A DNA stretch of 64,000 nucleotides from Octopus sinensis (GCF_006345805.1 NC_043001.1:41478001-41542000), one strand, 5' to 3'. Shown: positions 1 to 14,142, counted from the first letter of the stretch. The notes: a model not told the origin generated them from the sequence alone. Program-made: numbers and translations.

Positions 1-329
1 TTCATATGACATATATTGGTTCTACATCAAATAAAATTAAACAAAGGATAGCGCGGCATTTGTATTCCTTTAAAAATAATAAATTAATGAATTCGACAGG
101 CTTAAGTAAATATATTTGGGGTTTAAAATCCAAAGAAATTAACTACAAACTAAAATGGGAGATAATATGTAAAGCTAAATCGTATAGAATAGGGAATAAG
201 TTCTGTCTGATGTGAACTCACAAATTTATGGGAATCCTAAAGGCCAAAACAATATTGCTCAATGCCCAGAATGAACGAAAAATTAAATGCAAACATAGGA
301 TAAATTGTTTAATTAATAAGATGAGTTAG
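1..329 (+). mobile_element. Penelope-like element, 3' part of GIY-YIG endonuclease (Hydra-clade-like pattern), 5'-truncated by window edge
   Basis: TYIGSTS..KQRI..H...F....STGLSKYIWGLK...WEII.....KFCLM*THKFMGIL...LLN..NE....CKH; one in-frame TGA (213-215), frame continues to TAG 327-329; collinear with ORF 28264-29055. Confidence 0.85.
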
Positions 330-1328
330 GATTAGATTCTTTAGTAAATAAACTAAACCTTATTTTAAAATTATGAAAACTCAGTCATGTTCTTATTTTA
401 GATAATGTTATAATAAAAATTATAATTATATTCTACCCATTATTACTAGAAAGTAGCACTTAGTCTTACAAAAATATATAGTATTAATTGGTTGATTTAC
501 GATACTTTAGATTTTTAATTTGTTAGCCGTACGTTACACAATTGTAATTTAGATTTTAAACTTAAATTTTGAAATTTAGTTTAAATGTTACGTCAAATAT
601 TTAAGAATAATATAAATAATACATTTTAAATGATATAAAACGTAATTCTTATGTATCCCAAAATATTCGAATTGAGAGTCTAAAGAAGTAACTTACTAGA
701 TTGGTTGTTTGCGATAATACATAGATTGAATAAATTAAAAAACGATAAAAGTGGTTTGTTCTCGTGATGCATTCATTTCCAGTTCCCTTCACAATACTAT
801 ATAAAGGAATATATACACCAGTAGAACTTGCTAACATTTATTTGTAGTACCTCCTATACATAGGAATTATCAAACGCGGATTTTACCTTATTTGCAAGAT
901 GTAGCTTTGTCTAATTTTCCCCAAGGAAAGAAAAGATAAGTTAATATTCGTTTTATTTTCATCTCTATTTTTATTTCATTATTATTTCATTGTTGTTTCG
1001 TATTTGTTTATTCACAATTCTTTATTCGTTATTCGGAACCTTTATTCGTAATTTTTACTCGCATCTTTTTCTCTTTTTTTTTCCTTAAATGTTTGTTCCT
1101 TGAGTTTTTATTACTTAATTTTTAATATTCAGTTATTATTTTTATGTATTATTTGTATTTCTATTCATTTGTACATGTTAAGTAAGATTATATTGAAGAT
1201 ATAGAGTATCATGGAAGTATATAAGAGGTAGGGGTAGTGAAAAATATTGAGGAATCCAGACCTGAAGATTGGAAGTATGTCGACCCGAGTAAGTATTGAA
1301 ACTAGATACCTCGTATCTAATCAATACC

Positions 1329-1562
1329 TATTTCTTTATCACCCACAAGGGGCTAAACACAGAGGGGACAAACAAGGACAGACATAGGTATTAAGTCGAT
1401 TATATCGACTCCAGTGCGTAACCTATTACTTAATTTATCGACCCCGAAAGGATGAAAGGCAAAGTCGACCTCGGCAGAATTTGAACTCACAACGTAACGG
1501 CAGACGAAATACCGCTAAGCATTTCACCCGGCGTGCTAACGTTTCTGCCAGCTCGCCGCCTT
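1329..1562 (-). mobile_element. tRNA-derived SINE, family A (Meta-domain-like core)
   Basis: Reverse complement begins AAGGCGGCGAGCTGGCAGAAACGTTAGC, has B-box GAGTTCAAATTC and core GCCTTTCATCCTTTCGGGGTCGATAAATT; several copies in window. Confidence 0.85.
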
Positions 1563-1828
1563 GATGATACATACCATAGCTAAAAGAAATGTTATCCAGA
1601 GCAACAAGTTCCTCTTCATATCGTAAGAGTTCATATTCAAGTATTTCTCCATTTCTGAAAATGAACTTTTGTAATGTGAAATCGTGTCGAAACGGATATA
1701 TATATATATTTCACATTAGAAAAGTTCATTTTCAGAAACGGAGAAATATTTGAATATGAACTCTTACGATATGAAGAAGAACTTGTTGCTCTGGATAACA
1801 TTTCTTTTAGCTATGGTATGTATCATCA
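1563..1828. repeat. Near-perfect inverted repeat, ~118-bp arms around a short (AT)n-containing spacer
   Basis: GATGATACATACCATAGC...AATGTGAAAT (1563-1682) mirrored by ATTTCACATT...GCTATGGTATGTATCATC (~1708-1828). Confidence 0.9.
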
Positions 1829-4129
1829 GCTGGTGTTTTTTTTTAATATAATTCGTAAATCGGACGAATTGCCAAATGGGACTTTTACAGTAATTGCTTA
1901 TATTTTTAATCTCTTGATTTGTTGTGATTGACGAAAACAACATTAAAAAGAGAAAATTAAAATATTTTGGACACTTTATTAGAAAAACAGTTTGCAAAAT
2001 TGATAGAAAAATGAATGGAAAAAGAGGAAGGGGAAAATACTTTTTAAAAATACGTATTTCAGTAATACCAAGAATTGAAGAGACTTAAAACAAGGTGAAC
2101 ATAAACAGACAGCATAAGGAAAGACCGAGATGATGATTCATAGTATTTAACCAATTGAGAGCAGACGATCCTTGATTATGACAATATTCTGGTTCAAGTG
2201 TACCAAGCAAGTGATGTCACAAAAAGGAAAATAACCAACAGGAGAATATCCATGGTATGAGTAGAGTCTTCCCTAGTAGATTTAATTAAGAATTCTGATC
2301 AAAATTATGGGTAAGTTGTCAAATACAGCAGGTACTTGAAAAGAGCCGGTGAGTACAACGACCCAAACATTATAACCTTAACAACCAAGGTGAAGACACT
2401 ATTCAGTGTATAATATCTATTTAATAATCATTATATTACTGATAGCTGTTTTACAGACAACCGAAGAATGACTTTAGTCGAGTTTGAACGTAAAGTTATC
2501 ATATTTGATATTGTAAATATCTTGTTCGACATCTTCAACTAGTTCCAATCAAATGGAAATAACAACCAAACCAAGCCTCCTTCAAATCTCATCATACTAT
2601 CTTAAAAGAAAATGAATCACTAAAAAATGTTCTAGATACACCATGTGGGTTAGCCATAACTGGAACTTTTTTTATCATAAGTCTGCTTGATCATAAGTTT
2701 CCTTGATCATGGGCGGCATGGTGCTAAGCCACTATTCCTAAAACTGTAGGATGTGACCCACCTGCAAGAGGGGATAGGGTGGAGTTTGCAGAACTTTCAT
2801 TAAAAAATACTAAGATTTGTTCGTTTTGTTTGTTGAGACATTTTATCTCTATTTATAAAACTGAAATGCGAAAAGTTTGTTTGTTTGTCTGGTTTTTGGC
2901 ATTAGAACGGCCACTAGATCCCGTCGGATTGACTCCAAAATTTACAGGGACATGTAAAATGAGGTGAGGATGAGAGTGGGCTAGGTTAGAAATCCCCATC
3001 TTAAAAGGTGTCGTTGCTAGGGCCAAAAACTCACTTTGACAAGTCTACTCTCATTCTTTAATGTATCTGTCTTCCTCCGTCACTCATTCTCTTTCCTCCC
3101 TTCCCATCACTTTCTATATATAACGTTGTTTAACAGCGTCTAACTCCCCTTCACTTTCTCTTTATAACATCGTCAAAGAGCGTTCTGTATCTCCCCCTCC
3201 TCCCCGCCTTCGACAGCGCTTTCACACTCTCTCTCTCTCTCTACGTCTGTCTGCATTCATAAACAGAATTATCATCGCCACCACCACCACCACACAATCA
3301 TGAGAACAAATATTATGAATCAGATATTTATTGGGTTAATTTATATGTGTGTGTGTGTGTGTGTTCTATATATAAATATGTATATTAAACTTTTTAATAC
3401 TTTTTGATAGTTATATATATTTAAAAAAAGAATTATAAATATAAATTAATAATTTTAATTTTAAATTTAAATAATTTAAATTTTCAAATTTTATATTTTA
3501 TATATTTTGTATATTATATTTTTATGTTTTCGTTTATGTTTTTCACTGTTTGATTTGCCTAATAGTGGTTTTATCTCTAATTTAATTTATTTGTATACAT
3601 TTGTATATATAATGCGTACACACACACACACATAATGCTGGCCATGGTGAGTCTACTGTCGTGAGAAAGAATCACTTCAAAGCTTGGTGTTTACGAATTT
3701 TCTTTCACATCAAGTTCAAATTTTTACGCCAGCCGTTAAACGGCCACTATGTTACTGTCCGTCGTTAAGAAATGCCAGCCATGGTGACTTTACTATCCTC
3801 AGATTCTATCCTTTCAAACTTTGGTTTCCAATATTTTTTTATTTTTATTCAGCTCGCAAGTTCGTCTGTCCCTTTTAAATGTTAGTGTTTTGCTTTCTGC
3901 CTTGAAGCAGAGCTTTCCGTTGTCACTGCCTGATAGTTATGATTGATCTTTCAAACTACTTTCTTTCTCAACTTACTCAAGATCTTTTGTTGTTTATAAA
4001 TGGGAGAGAGATAGATAGAGAAAAGATAGAGAGTAAGAGAAAGCTAGGGAGAGTCCGAGAGAAAGGAAGAGTAAGAGAGTGGGAAAGGGAGAGAGAAAGG
4101 AGAGAGAAACAAACAGGGAGAATCATTAT

Positions 4130-4385
4130 CATCATCATCATCATCATCGTTTAACGTCCGTTTTCCGTGCTAGTACGGGTTGGACGGTTTGACCGGGGTC
4201 TGGGAAGCCAGGAGACTGCACCAGGCTCCAGTCTGATCTGGCAGTGTTTCTACAGTTGGATGCCCTTCCTAACGCCAACCACTCCATGATTGTAGTGGGT
4301 GCTTTTTTTCGTGCCACTGGCACAGGTGCCATGGGGGGAAGGGTACTGGCAGCGGCCACGTTCGGATGGTGCTTTTTACGTGCCG
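4130..4385 (-). mobile_element. RTE LINE 3' UTR fragment with (ATG)n tail
   Basis: (CAT)n then CGTTTAACGTCCG...GGATGCCCTTCCTAACGCCAACC; same sequence follows RTE RT codons at 41026-41935. Confidence 0.75.
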
Positions 4386-4632
4386 AAAGGATGCAACAGA
4401 AAATAACAACCACACTCTTACCTGTGCGTAGAGCGGGACACCTTAAGCTAGTCTGTGTATATAAAATGATTTTGATATATACACGCAATAGAAACTGTCT
4501 ATAAAATTTATAGAACGAAAACTGAATATGTTCAGAACAACTGTTTGCGTTCCATTTGCAGGTTTTGGTGAGTTCCCCGTTGGTTTCGTCAATGAGTATT
4601 CAGTTGTTCAATTAATTGAATTTCTGACCTTT

Positions 4633-4849
4633 TTTAACATTTAAACTGGTTATATCTGGTGTAAATATCCTACCTGTTATATTTCCAAACTGGCCAGATC
4701 TGGCCTCATACCTAGCATACAACGTCATTCTAAAAATAAACAGTCACATCAGAAATCTTGAAACTACGTGATAAAGCATGATTAATTCAAAACAATATGA
4801 ATAAATAAGCATTATATTTCATTGAGTAATCCGAATACTAAAGAGTTAA
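4633..4849. mobile_element. piggyBac-like MITE (degenerate)
   Basis: Homologous to 23382-23605; ends AAAGAGTTAA. Confidence 0.5.
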
Positions 4850-4984
4850 CGCAGTTCTCAAGCCGAATAATGGCAGTATGTGTCAATACTGGACCTTTAA
4901 TCTATAGGTACAATTCAAAGAGATTGGAAAGAGTGGGAGTGAGTGAGTGAATGAGTGAGTGAATGAAGGGCAGGGTGAGGTGGG

Positions 4985-5117
4985 GAGAAAAGAAGGACCG
5001 AGTAGTATAATACATCACCCTTTCGAGAAGGAAGATAAAATTGACCTCGACGGGATTTGAACTCAAGATGCTGAAGGTCCTATCCGACGCTCTAACTACT
5101 CTACCCTTTTGCCGCCT
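4985..5117 (-). mobile_element. Degenerate SINE family A fragment
   Basis: TTGACCTCGACGGGATTTGAACTC matches family A B-box region. Confidence 0.5.
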
Positions 5118-6273
5118 AGCTCGCATTTTACAGTGAGGGCAGCAGCATTTGATAGTTGCCATATTTTGTAAGAACCTTTGTAGATTATGTAACTGAACAT
5201 TTTCAAACAAAATAGAGTGTGGTGCCCGTATACGAAAAGGTCTCTAAACGAAAAAATCTAGTAACACTGTTTTTCTTAAGAAAATTTAACTAGCATAGTG
5301 AGCCAAAATATGATCAACAAACCACGAGTTGACTACGCCTGCATTTAAGTAACTGGAAGCCCATTTGCTTTACAAGCTGAAAATTATACAAGTCACAAAT
5401 AGACTACTCACGCATATAAGTGCTGGAAGAGCATATACAAACTGTACGCTAAATAATCAAATTGCATAGCGAACAGTTTTTCTGAAGAAATTTATATTCG
5501 GCCAACGAACTAATATTTGAACAGACCACAAGCAGCCTACACACTCATATAAGTGCAAGGAGAACGTGTACAAATGGTTTGTTAACGCCCTTGCAAGCTT
5601 TTCATGTAGCTTTTGAATTTTCATATTTTATATATAGAAAAGAATATTTCTCATTTTTTTGTTAAACATATAACCATAGATTGACATAAACAAGACAAAG
5701 GGGAAAACGCACTCACAGACACACACAAACATGTGTACATACACATATACGTATATAGTTTATATATTTATGTATTTGTTGTTGATGGGTGTACAAATAA
5801 GGCATCATTTCATTCCTTTATGTGGAGTTTGGGTGTGGCTCGGAATGGATTATCCCTATTTCAATTACATGAAGCAGTGCTTAGCATTCGAAACCCTGTT
5901 AATCCAGTAATGGACGAAGGCCACGATATATGAGATGACCTTAACTCACATTTCAGCCAATCGTTGCTCTGGTACATTTATGTGGGTGTAATGGAAAATT
6001 CCATGCACTTTTGAGCCAAATCATGGTTATAAGCTGAGATGCGCAAGATATACAACAGCAGAGGTTTTCTTAGTTAACCATACTGCTCTGATTTCGTGTA
6101 TAAAGATCTCCTATCGCCTAGTATACATTCTCATTTCTCAACAATCATACTTTCCCATACACTGGCTACTAGTATTCAGCATAACAACTTATATAAAGTC
6201 AGGATTGTAACATTAATCAGTAAATAAATATGTTAATTAAATCTAAATATCGCGCTTCATTTTTATTTGGGAT

Positions 6274-7841
6274 CAGCAGTTGTAAAAGATTAATTGATGA
6301 AAAATTAACTGCAATATATTGGTCCAATCAATTTATTGGAATCATACCGCGAATTAAATAATTGATTGCTATCATATCAATTAATTGCAACATTGTCAGC
6401 GAAAGTTTTTCAAATGGCTCATACTTCATTTGACGTTCAATTGGCCAATACAGCGTTCTATTATTATTTGAGGTACTGTGTTCACGACTGCTGAGAATGA
6501 TTCACACATTCTGTCGTGCTTAGGAATTGACTATTGTGTATGTTGTCAAGTGTTGATGCTTGTGTACTGTTTTGCTGGCACTTTCGCCAATGGTAGGTGA
6601 AACATCATTCACTGCTTCTGATGATATCGAATTTATTGAGTATGTGTTAAATGTATATAACAAGCAGGAAGTTCTACTTGATAAAATTAATATGCTGATG
6701 GGCAAGCTAAAATTATTAAAACTTGCGGGTAAACTTCGGTAAAAGACGCCTTTGCAACCTATACAAAGAAATAAAACCCGTTGATCCAGTAATTATGACA
6801 TGATTGAGAGGTACATCCAACTCAATCCGTTTTTAGACTCTTTTCAAGGCGATCCAAAGCTGGTTGATTATCTTTTGACTCCCAGCGATCATAATGATCT
6901 GCAGACTCTAAAAGTCAATTTAGGAAAGTTATGCTCAGTAACAGTCGCCTTGCAAAGAACAGAAATAGATTTGGGAGATGCTTGAATTCTTTTTGACGAA
7001 ATTCTCGCATTGTATCCTTATGAGGAATTTTTTAAATATTTGCTTCCATCGGCAGCCATTGTGCACAGCCCAAATTTTGAAAGTGGAGTTGTGAAAATTT
7101 TACAACATGCAGAGCTAACTGCAGATAAAGTGGCTGCTCTAAATCATCTAAAGTGGTGACAGACACGTCACAACAGTCTGATTTACCTGTAGAAGATGAT
7201 AGTTTTGCTTCAATTTGTTTGAAAAAACACAAAAAAAAAGGATAAAATTTCATCTCAGCAGTGTCTGAACTGTAGATTTTTGTTACCAACGTCCACCATC
7301 TTGGACCGTTTCTTCAGTTCAGTAGGTTACGCTTTTAATGATTTTCGGAAATACTTAACACCAATGAATTTAGAAATGCAATTATTTCTAAAAGTCAATC
7401 GCGTTTTCTGGGATAAAGAACTAGTTTCAGAAATCTGCAATCGTTCATGACCTTTTGCTATATTAGAACATTTTAATTGTGCCACTCGTTTGAGCTCTTT
7501 CAATTAAAGACCTTCAATTTATTTCTTTTTCAACTATGTACAATGTAGTTTGTTTCCTATTCTAAAAAATTATCAAAATTGAACTTAGAACGTTTTCTGA
7601 TAATAAAGTTTTTTGAAACTCTAAGACGTGCCTTTTATTTTCCTATCTAGCATTTTGGCTCTTATCTAAATCGAAGTTAACACTCCAAAATATATGGTAT
7701 TTTAACGTTATATATGGTATTTTAACAAAATAATCGACAATTAATTGCAATAATTGATTGCCCTGTATTCCAATTAAAATTAATTGATTGCTAGGAAAAT
7801 AATTCATTGGAAAGGTTCCAGTCAATTATCTACAACCCCTG
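6274..7841 (+). mobile_element. Degenerate hAT-like DNA transposon with TIRs and internally deleted transposase
   Basis: Termini CAGCAGTTGTA / TACAACCCCTG; subterminal AATTGATTG/CAATTAATT repeats at both ends; broken frames 6560-7450 end in FLLPTSTILDRFFSSVGYAFNDFRKYLTPMNLEMQLFLKVNRVFW (hAT dimerisation-domain-like). Confidence 0.75.
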
Positions 7842-8132
7842 ATCAGGACACAGCCTGGCCAAATAATACACTTCCCAGCTTACCAAGTCCACAAACTCTT
7901 ATAACAAACAATTTGGTTAACGAACAGGGTTCTGGAATGGACTACGTTGGTGTATAGAGATCCCACTGCGTTTCTATATTTTGTTATTAATTTTAGTATA
8001 ATGAACTTTTGAGTTCATGTTTTGTACCATATTTAGTATTGCATCTCACAAAACTTAGCATACTGTGTTTTTACATTCAATTCTGTGTTAACAATTTCAA
8101 AGAAACAAGCGTTTTGTGAATACTGTGTGTTT

Positions 8133-8168
<36 letters not shown>

Positions 8169-8685
8169 ATATATGTATATAGAGGCAGTGAGCTGTAATG
8201 CAGTAATAAGCACTTGAGATAATTCGTGACATGTGTAATTCACTCGTAAAATCAATAAACAATGACACTATTTTTCCATTTTCGGAGTAAAAGCAATTCA
8301 ATAAATACAAAAAGAGGTTTCCAAATGTTTTAATTTTGAATTCATGATACAATTTATACACCCATAAATATAATTATATCAGCTATTGTTTTAAGTTTAA
8401 TTTTCAAAATATTTGTTAATTCTATGTAATAAAATATACCTTGAATTTAAAATGCCCTCCTATCGATCAATGGTTAAATCCATCAAAGAAGAATGCAGCA
8501 GTAAACGAAGTAGTAATTCTTGCAGAACCTAAATACAGTGAAGCAGATTTGAAAGTGAGTGTGAAACATTGTTGGAGAAGCTCGCCAACCCGTAGCTGAT
8601 GATAAAGAGGAACTTTTTGTTGAAATTCGAGGTCAAAATTAAATGACGACTATTAAATACGAAGCCGACTCGATAAGTTTGTCAT

Positions 8686-9030
8686 ATCAGGGTAAAGACC
8701 CCCTTCGGTCATGAATGACCATGGGATTGCACCTAGAAAGTTGCCCTCCTAGACACAAGTCCGGGCAAGGTTGTTTATGGAAGACCAGCAGTCGCCCATG
8801 CATACCAGCCTCCCCTCTCCACGCCACCAGTGTTATCCAAGGGAAAGACAAAGGTCGATACAGCTTGGCACCAGTGACGTCGCGACTCATTTCTACAGCT
8901 GAGTGAACTGGAGCAACGTGAAATAAAGTGCCTTGCTCAAGAACACAACACGCAGCCCGGTCCGGGATTCGAGCTCACAACCTCACGATCGTAAGCTTGA
9001 CACTCTAACCACTGAGCCATGCGCCTTCAC
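8686..9030 (-). mobile_element. tRNA-derived SINE, family C
   Basis: Reverse complement: GTGAAGGCGCATGGCTCAGTGGTTAG (A box)...GAGCTCGAATCCC (B box)...CTTGAGCAAGGCACTTT (CORE-like); related copy at 22131. Confidence 0.8.
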
Positions 9031-10509
9031 GCTTGTCATATCACGACCTGTATAAATAGCCTAAGATAAAATAAATGAAATGACTAAAGTCGAATTTTTC
9101 CAATAAAACAATTTCATTCAATTAAATAGTTGCGAAGGACTAAGTTTATACAAACTTAGCCCGAATGTTGAAATAATTCAACGAACACATTTTACCGCAA
9201 AAAAGTTTGAGCATAACTTAACGAACTAAACAATACTAGTTCTACGGTGTTCTGTGGGAGAAAAGCATGTTAAAACGATGCATTTGGTGTATAAGACAAT
9301 ACAGTAAAAACTTTGCAGGTGTATAAGACAATACAGTGGAAATTTTGCAATTATATTTTGGTGAGTTGCTACTCTGTTGTGTGCAATAAAATCCAGTGGT
9401 CGCAATCATATTTCTTGAGTTGCAGGTGTATGTGACAATAAAGCTCAAAAGTTCTTATGTAGAAGAAAAAATATGGTAGCGTACAAAAGTTTTTTTTCAT
9501 TCTTGTATGAACGGAATGACATCATTCGATGTAGCACTTCACGTTCGTAGATAAAATTAGTGGGGATGTTGCTTCATAAAATTTTTAGCCGTTGTTTTAA
9601 TATTGTATAAAAGGAAACAAACATATAAAAAGAAAATTTATACATAAACTTGATCGGTTCGCGTTTTAGCCACTGCCGGCTAGTGTGTTTAATTTGTTCA
9701 CTGAACACCGCCGTGAATTCCCCACTTTGCTTTTCAAAAATACCCGCTAAATCACAAAATAAAGGTGGGGTAATCTCCCTTATTTTTCAAATCCTGGCAG
9801 CAACACTGTAGCTAGAAGCAGGATAATAATCTAATTCTACACATTAGCACATTCAAGAATATAAACACGTTTTTAAGTGCAACACACATGGAATCAAAAA
9901 GAAACATTACCTTTCACCAGCACAACAGGGTCAGCACTGCGTGAAGCACAGTGCTCTCTCTCCCTAGCGGGCAGCTTCCTATCTCGGACATGTGAGCATG
10001 CGCACAACAGCCAAACATCGCATCGCTGGAACTATTCTATACAAGGATTTTTGTATTTTTTTTAATAAACTAGGGGATGGCTACTGACATTAAGCTTAAG
10101 GATTATATAATGTACAATTAGAAAGAAAGAATTAAAGAAAAAAGGACTAATTATATTGAATGTTATTGAGAATATCGAGTGGAAATAGGGGGTGCTGCAT
10201 TTCTGCAGTGCCTATACACGAGACGCTACTGGTTGGCACCAGCACTCATTCAAAGATGAGAGAAACTGAAAGATACTTGTTAATTAAAAAAATAAAACGC
10301 GCTTAAATGTCTTTTAGTTGTATGATGTAATGGTGCCCTTAGATAAGGTCACATGAGTAAAAGGACTTTTTACTAATTTGAACTGCAAATTATGTTGAGA
10401 GAGTGAAAACATTTAAATATGGAAGTATGTGTGTCACATCACAAGTGATTATAGCGATAAGCATGATGTAGTTATTGCAAGTGAAACTACAAGAAAGCGA
10501 ACAGTCCCA

Positions 10510-10900
10510 CATAAAAAAAAGAGGAAATACAACTAATTTTTAACTCTTATATGGATGTATTTTATCCTTTAGGTATAACAAATACCATTCCAATATGCTT
10601 AATTTATATTGTTTGGTATATGAAAGTATAAAATCTGCTAAACTGAAATACACCTTCCTACCATACACACTTTCTATGCAGGTATTTTTTGTTCTTTTGT
10701 TTTTTTAATGATACTAAAATCTTCGAAAGGACAAAAGTAACTTTTTTTGAAAAACATACGGAGTTCAAGAAAAATACTTAAGAGTATCATACGAAGCATT
10801 ACATTCAATTACTGTAACTAAATAAGCTTACACAATAGGGGAAGAACTTGTATTGCCAGCGGCAAATGGAATCACAGAAATTATTCACGGAAAGACTGAT
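10510..10900 (+). mobile_element. hAT (Buster/Charlie-like) transposase N-terminal remnant
   Basis: Broken translation EKYLRVSYEALHSITVTK*AYTIGEELVLPAANGITEIIHG resembles the (P/A)HTIGEELILPAA motif of Buster-type transposases. Confidence 0.6.
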
Positions 10901-12248
10901 GTAGACGAAATAGAAAAGTAAATAAATAAAATAAAAAGTCACTGCCAATATATAATATATTTCCAGATTGAGAATTCAAAATCATGTCTGTAAGCATACA
11001 TTGTATTAGTACCATTCACAAAATCACTTCCTTCTCTTTGACTGTTAATAGACAACTGAACATAAGACAGAATGCGTTAAATGCCGCGAGACATAATACC
11101 AAATTCGCTACAGATCATTATAAAATCAAAATTTATAAAAAAAAATAATTTAAATAGGAACACCAGTTTCCCCTGATGTGAAGTATAAGTGAATAGAATA
11201 TGCATGCTTCTATTTTTGATTATTTGCTGATTTCCTTTTCTGTTTATTCTCTTGTCTTTTTCTATTTTCTTACTGTTTCCTTTCGTAAATCTAGTGATAT
11301 AATATTATTGACTAGTTATTAATAACTTTCGCTTCTACTAAAATATACAAACATCTTTTCTGTAAATACTCCGTTACATCATCGACGGAGGTGTAGCCGA
11401 CCGATGCGGAGGTCACATGTTGTTTGCTTCGTAATTAGTATATTATTTGGTAAACGACGGACGTAGCAGAAAGCACTGAGAATGAACTGACGAATAAGTG
11501 CTTTCCCCTTTTAAATGAATCAGTTGCTATCAGGTTATCGAAATCTTTTCTTTGTTGAATGAGTTAGGCTTCGTGCCAAAATATCCTTCTGGTTAAAACC
11601 TATCATTTGCAACTTGCATTAGAGTAAATTCAGAAACTTGTTTTAATTACACTTGATGCATCATAATTCTTTTTGGTGTAAATAACTTCTCATGGTATTG
11701 CAATAACATAAGATTCATTCTTACCATAAAAGATACACAGAGAAGGAACTGTTGATTGAACTTTCCAACGCGGAATACGATTTCCACTTCTTGCATTATA
11801 TTGAATATTTATGACGGTAAACTTCATGGTAACTCAACATTCTTCTCTCATCGGACCTAAGTTTGAATGAACTTAGTCAAGTTCATTGTTCTAATTCATA
11901 GAATTAAATTGTTGGAAGATTTATTATTTTGTTCTTTCTTTCTTCTGTCATGTAGAATATGTTGTCTGGCACATGTGTTCATGTGATGACTAGGCACTCA
12001 AGCTTAGAACAGTTTAATACTCTGTCATCATTCGAAAAATTTTCTTGTCTCTCATCAAAAACCGATCTTCAACCTTTAATCTTTAACCATCCTAAATCCT
12101 TTACCACTTTGTCAGGGTCATCCCATAAATAATGCGGTTATTTTCAATTGCATGAACTAAAAGTCGGGTGGGGAACGGGATAAACTGCCTGCATCAACTA
12201 GCTATAAAAGCAGGTAGCAATTTTACTTTGTACATATTCTTAGCGCAA

Positions 12249-14142
12249 GTAAGAGTATGCCAGACTTGTTCGGGCACCTGCTGGCGAATGTCTACGCGAA
12301 CTGGCAGCAGAATGGGCTTATTCCCAGATCTGTGCGCCGGGGAAGTGGTGGCGCTTGTCAGAAAGGACCCGGACAAGGGGGATTCCGTTGATAAACGCAG
12401 AGTTGAAGATTTTTGCCAAAGTGTTATCGAAAAGATTGGCGCGTGTCGCAGATAGTCTGATCGAGGAGGCACAGACATGTGCCATTCCCGGCAGAACCAT
12501 CCAGGATAACCTCCATCTTATACAGTACACTTTAGAAGGGTTTAATAGTGATTCTGCAAGGGTGGGGCAATGGTCCATTTAGACCAATCTAAGGCTTTTG
12601 ATAGGGTCGACTATCGCTACCTGGTGTCCGTTCTGGTGCAGTTCGGCCTGGGTCTTGGCTTCCTCAGGTGGGCCATTCAGATTTATGACAACATCGACTC
12701 GGTAGTTCGGGTGAACGGCTTTTAAATGAAGCCATTCAACATCAAACGCTCGGTTCGTCAAGGGTGTCTGCTCTCCGCTTTTGTATGTAATGGCTCTTGA
12801 GCCGCCATTACTGAGAAAATTGAGCGGCATCCCGAGACAGCCAGGAGGTGGAAAGTCGGTTTCAGCTTACGCAGATGACATCACCATCATCGTAACCGAA
12901 ATGGATCACCTACAGAGGGTAGGCAAAGCCATTGAGGTTTATGAGATGGTAACAGGAGCAAAGATTAATCGTGAAGTCAGTCGGCTTGCAACTTGGCACC
13001 TGGAGAGGCAAGTCGATGCCTTCTGACAGCGTCGTAGGACGTTGGATGGAGGGTCCGACTAAGTTGCTAGGAGTTAGGTTTGGACAGGACCTCATAATAG
13101 AGAACTAGGCTGAGATGTGAGCAGGGTGACCCACATAGTCAAGACCTGGTCTTGGAGGTGGCAATCCCTGAAAGGGAGGGCAGAGGTAGTCAATTTTTTC
13201 ATTGCACCGGTCATCATCTACCGTCTAACCATCGTTCCTTGCCCTGATTCGTGATTGATCATGCTGGAAGGACAGTTCTTCCACTTCTTGTGGAAAGGTT
13301 CGAAACCGCTTGTGAGACGCTCTATTTGCTGACAACAACCGTTAATAGGTGGGCTAGGGATGCCTTGGCTGTTGATGCGCTAAGATTGAGGCATCTGTGG
13401 CTCTACCTGAATGGTGAACGGGTGTGGTCTCCGCTAGTGAAACAGATATTTCCCAAGTTCACTAGTTTCGGTGGATGGGAAACTTGATTCTATCGAAGAT
13501 TGAACTTGGGTACATGGTTCACGGAGTGTTGCAAGGCACTCCTGCTATTCCGTCGCTCAGGCAATGCCTGCAGTGGTGGTCCCAACGTGTGGGTTTATGC
13601 TGAACAACTGTTGTCAAGTGCAGGAAGATTATAGCTATACTCTTATATTAAAATTGACCCGCCTGGTTTCCTTTCGAAAGAAGGTAAGAATTGTTTTCTC
13701 AATGTAGTAGCAATTGCGAGAGAGGTGATTTGGAAGACGAGACTGAAAGGGTATAAGTAAGGCACCTTCATCTCTGGCCCTGAATTGGTGAATTACTTCA
13801 CCTTTCACCTTAAAAGGAAAATAGGGCTAGAGAGAAAATGCCTGACTGTGAAAATGTTCGAAAATCGATGGAAGAATGTAGCACAGATGTTGCATGTGAA
13901 TGTAACCTCATGAATGCGACACAGGACGTATCCCAGGAATCAGTGGCGAGACGGAGCTCGTGGCGTCCGACTTAAACCCGCTCCCACTCCATCTGTAATG
14001 TCTTGCGGATTGTCCTATCATTCGATTTCCTTATATTTTCATATTTTGTGAATTTTTCCCCCTCATATTAACGTAATAACCATTGGTTCATCTGACCCCA
14101 AATCAGATTGTGTTGTCCCTTTGTGGGAAATTAAAAAAATCA
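12249..14142 (+). mobile_element. 5'-truncated Tx1/L1-clade LINE with target-site duplication
   Basis: RT motifs LDQSKAFDRVD, SVRQGC.LS.LLY, SAYADDITI across broken frames; A-rich 3' end; flanked by ACATATTCTTAGCGCAA (12232-12248) / ACATATTCTTAGTGCAA (14143-14159). Confidence 0.85.

Noticed and set aside
1255-1310. CTGAAGA...GAAA hammerhead candidate
   Set aside because: Neither stem I nor stem II pairs.
5330-5580. Three loosely similar ~45-bp motifs (GACTAC..GCATATAAGTGC..GGA)
   Set aside because: Low identity, irregular spacing and no element boundaries found.
8940-9030. tRNA genes at SINE heads
   Set aside because: A and B boxes are present but there is no closed cloverleaf, and they continue into SINE bodies.
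11100-12060. Coding-like minus-strand composition
   Set aside because: Frequent stops in the frames I translated and no family recognised; may be an old TE but cannot be supported.
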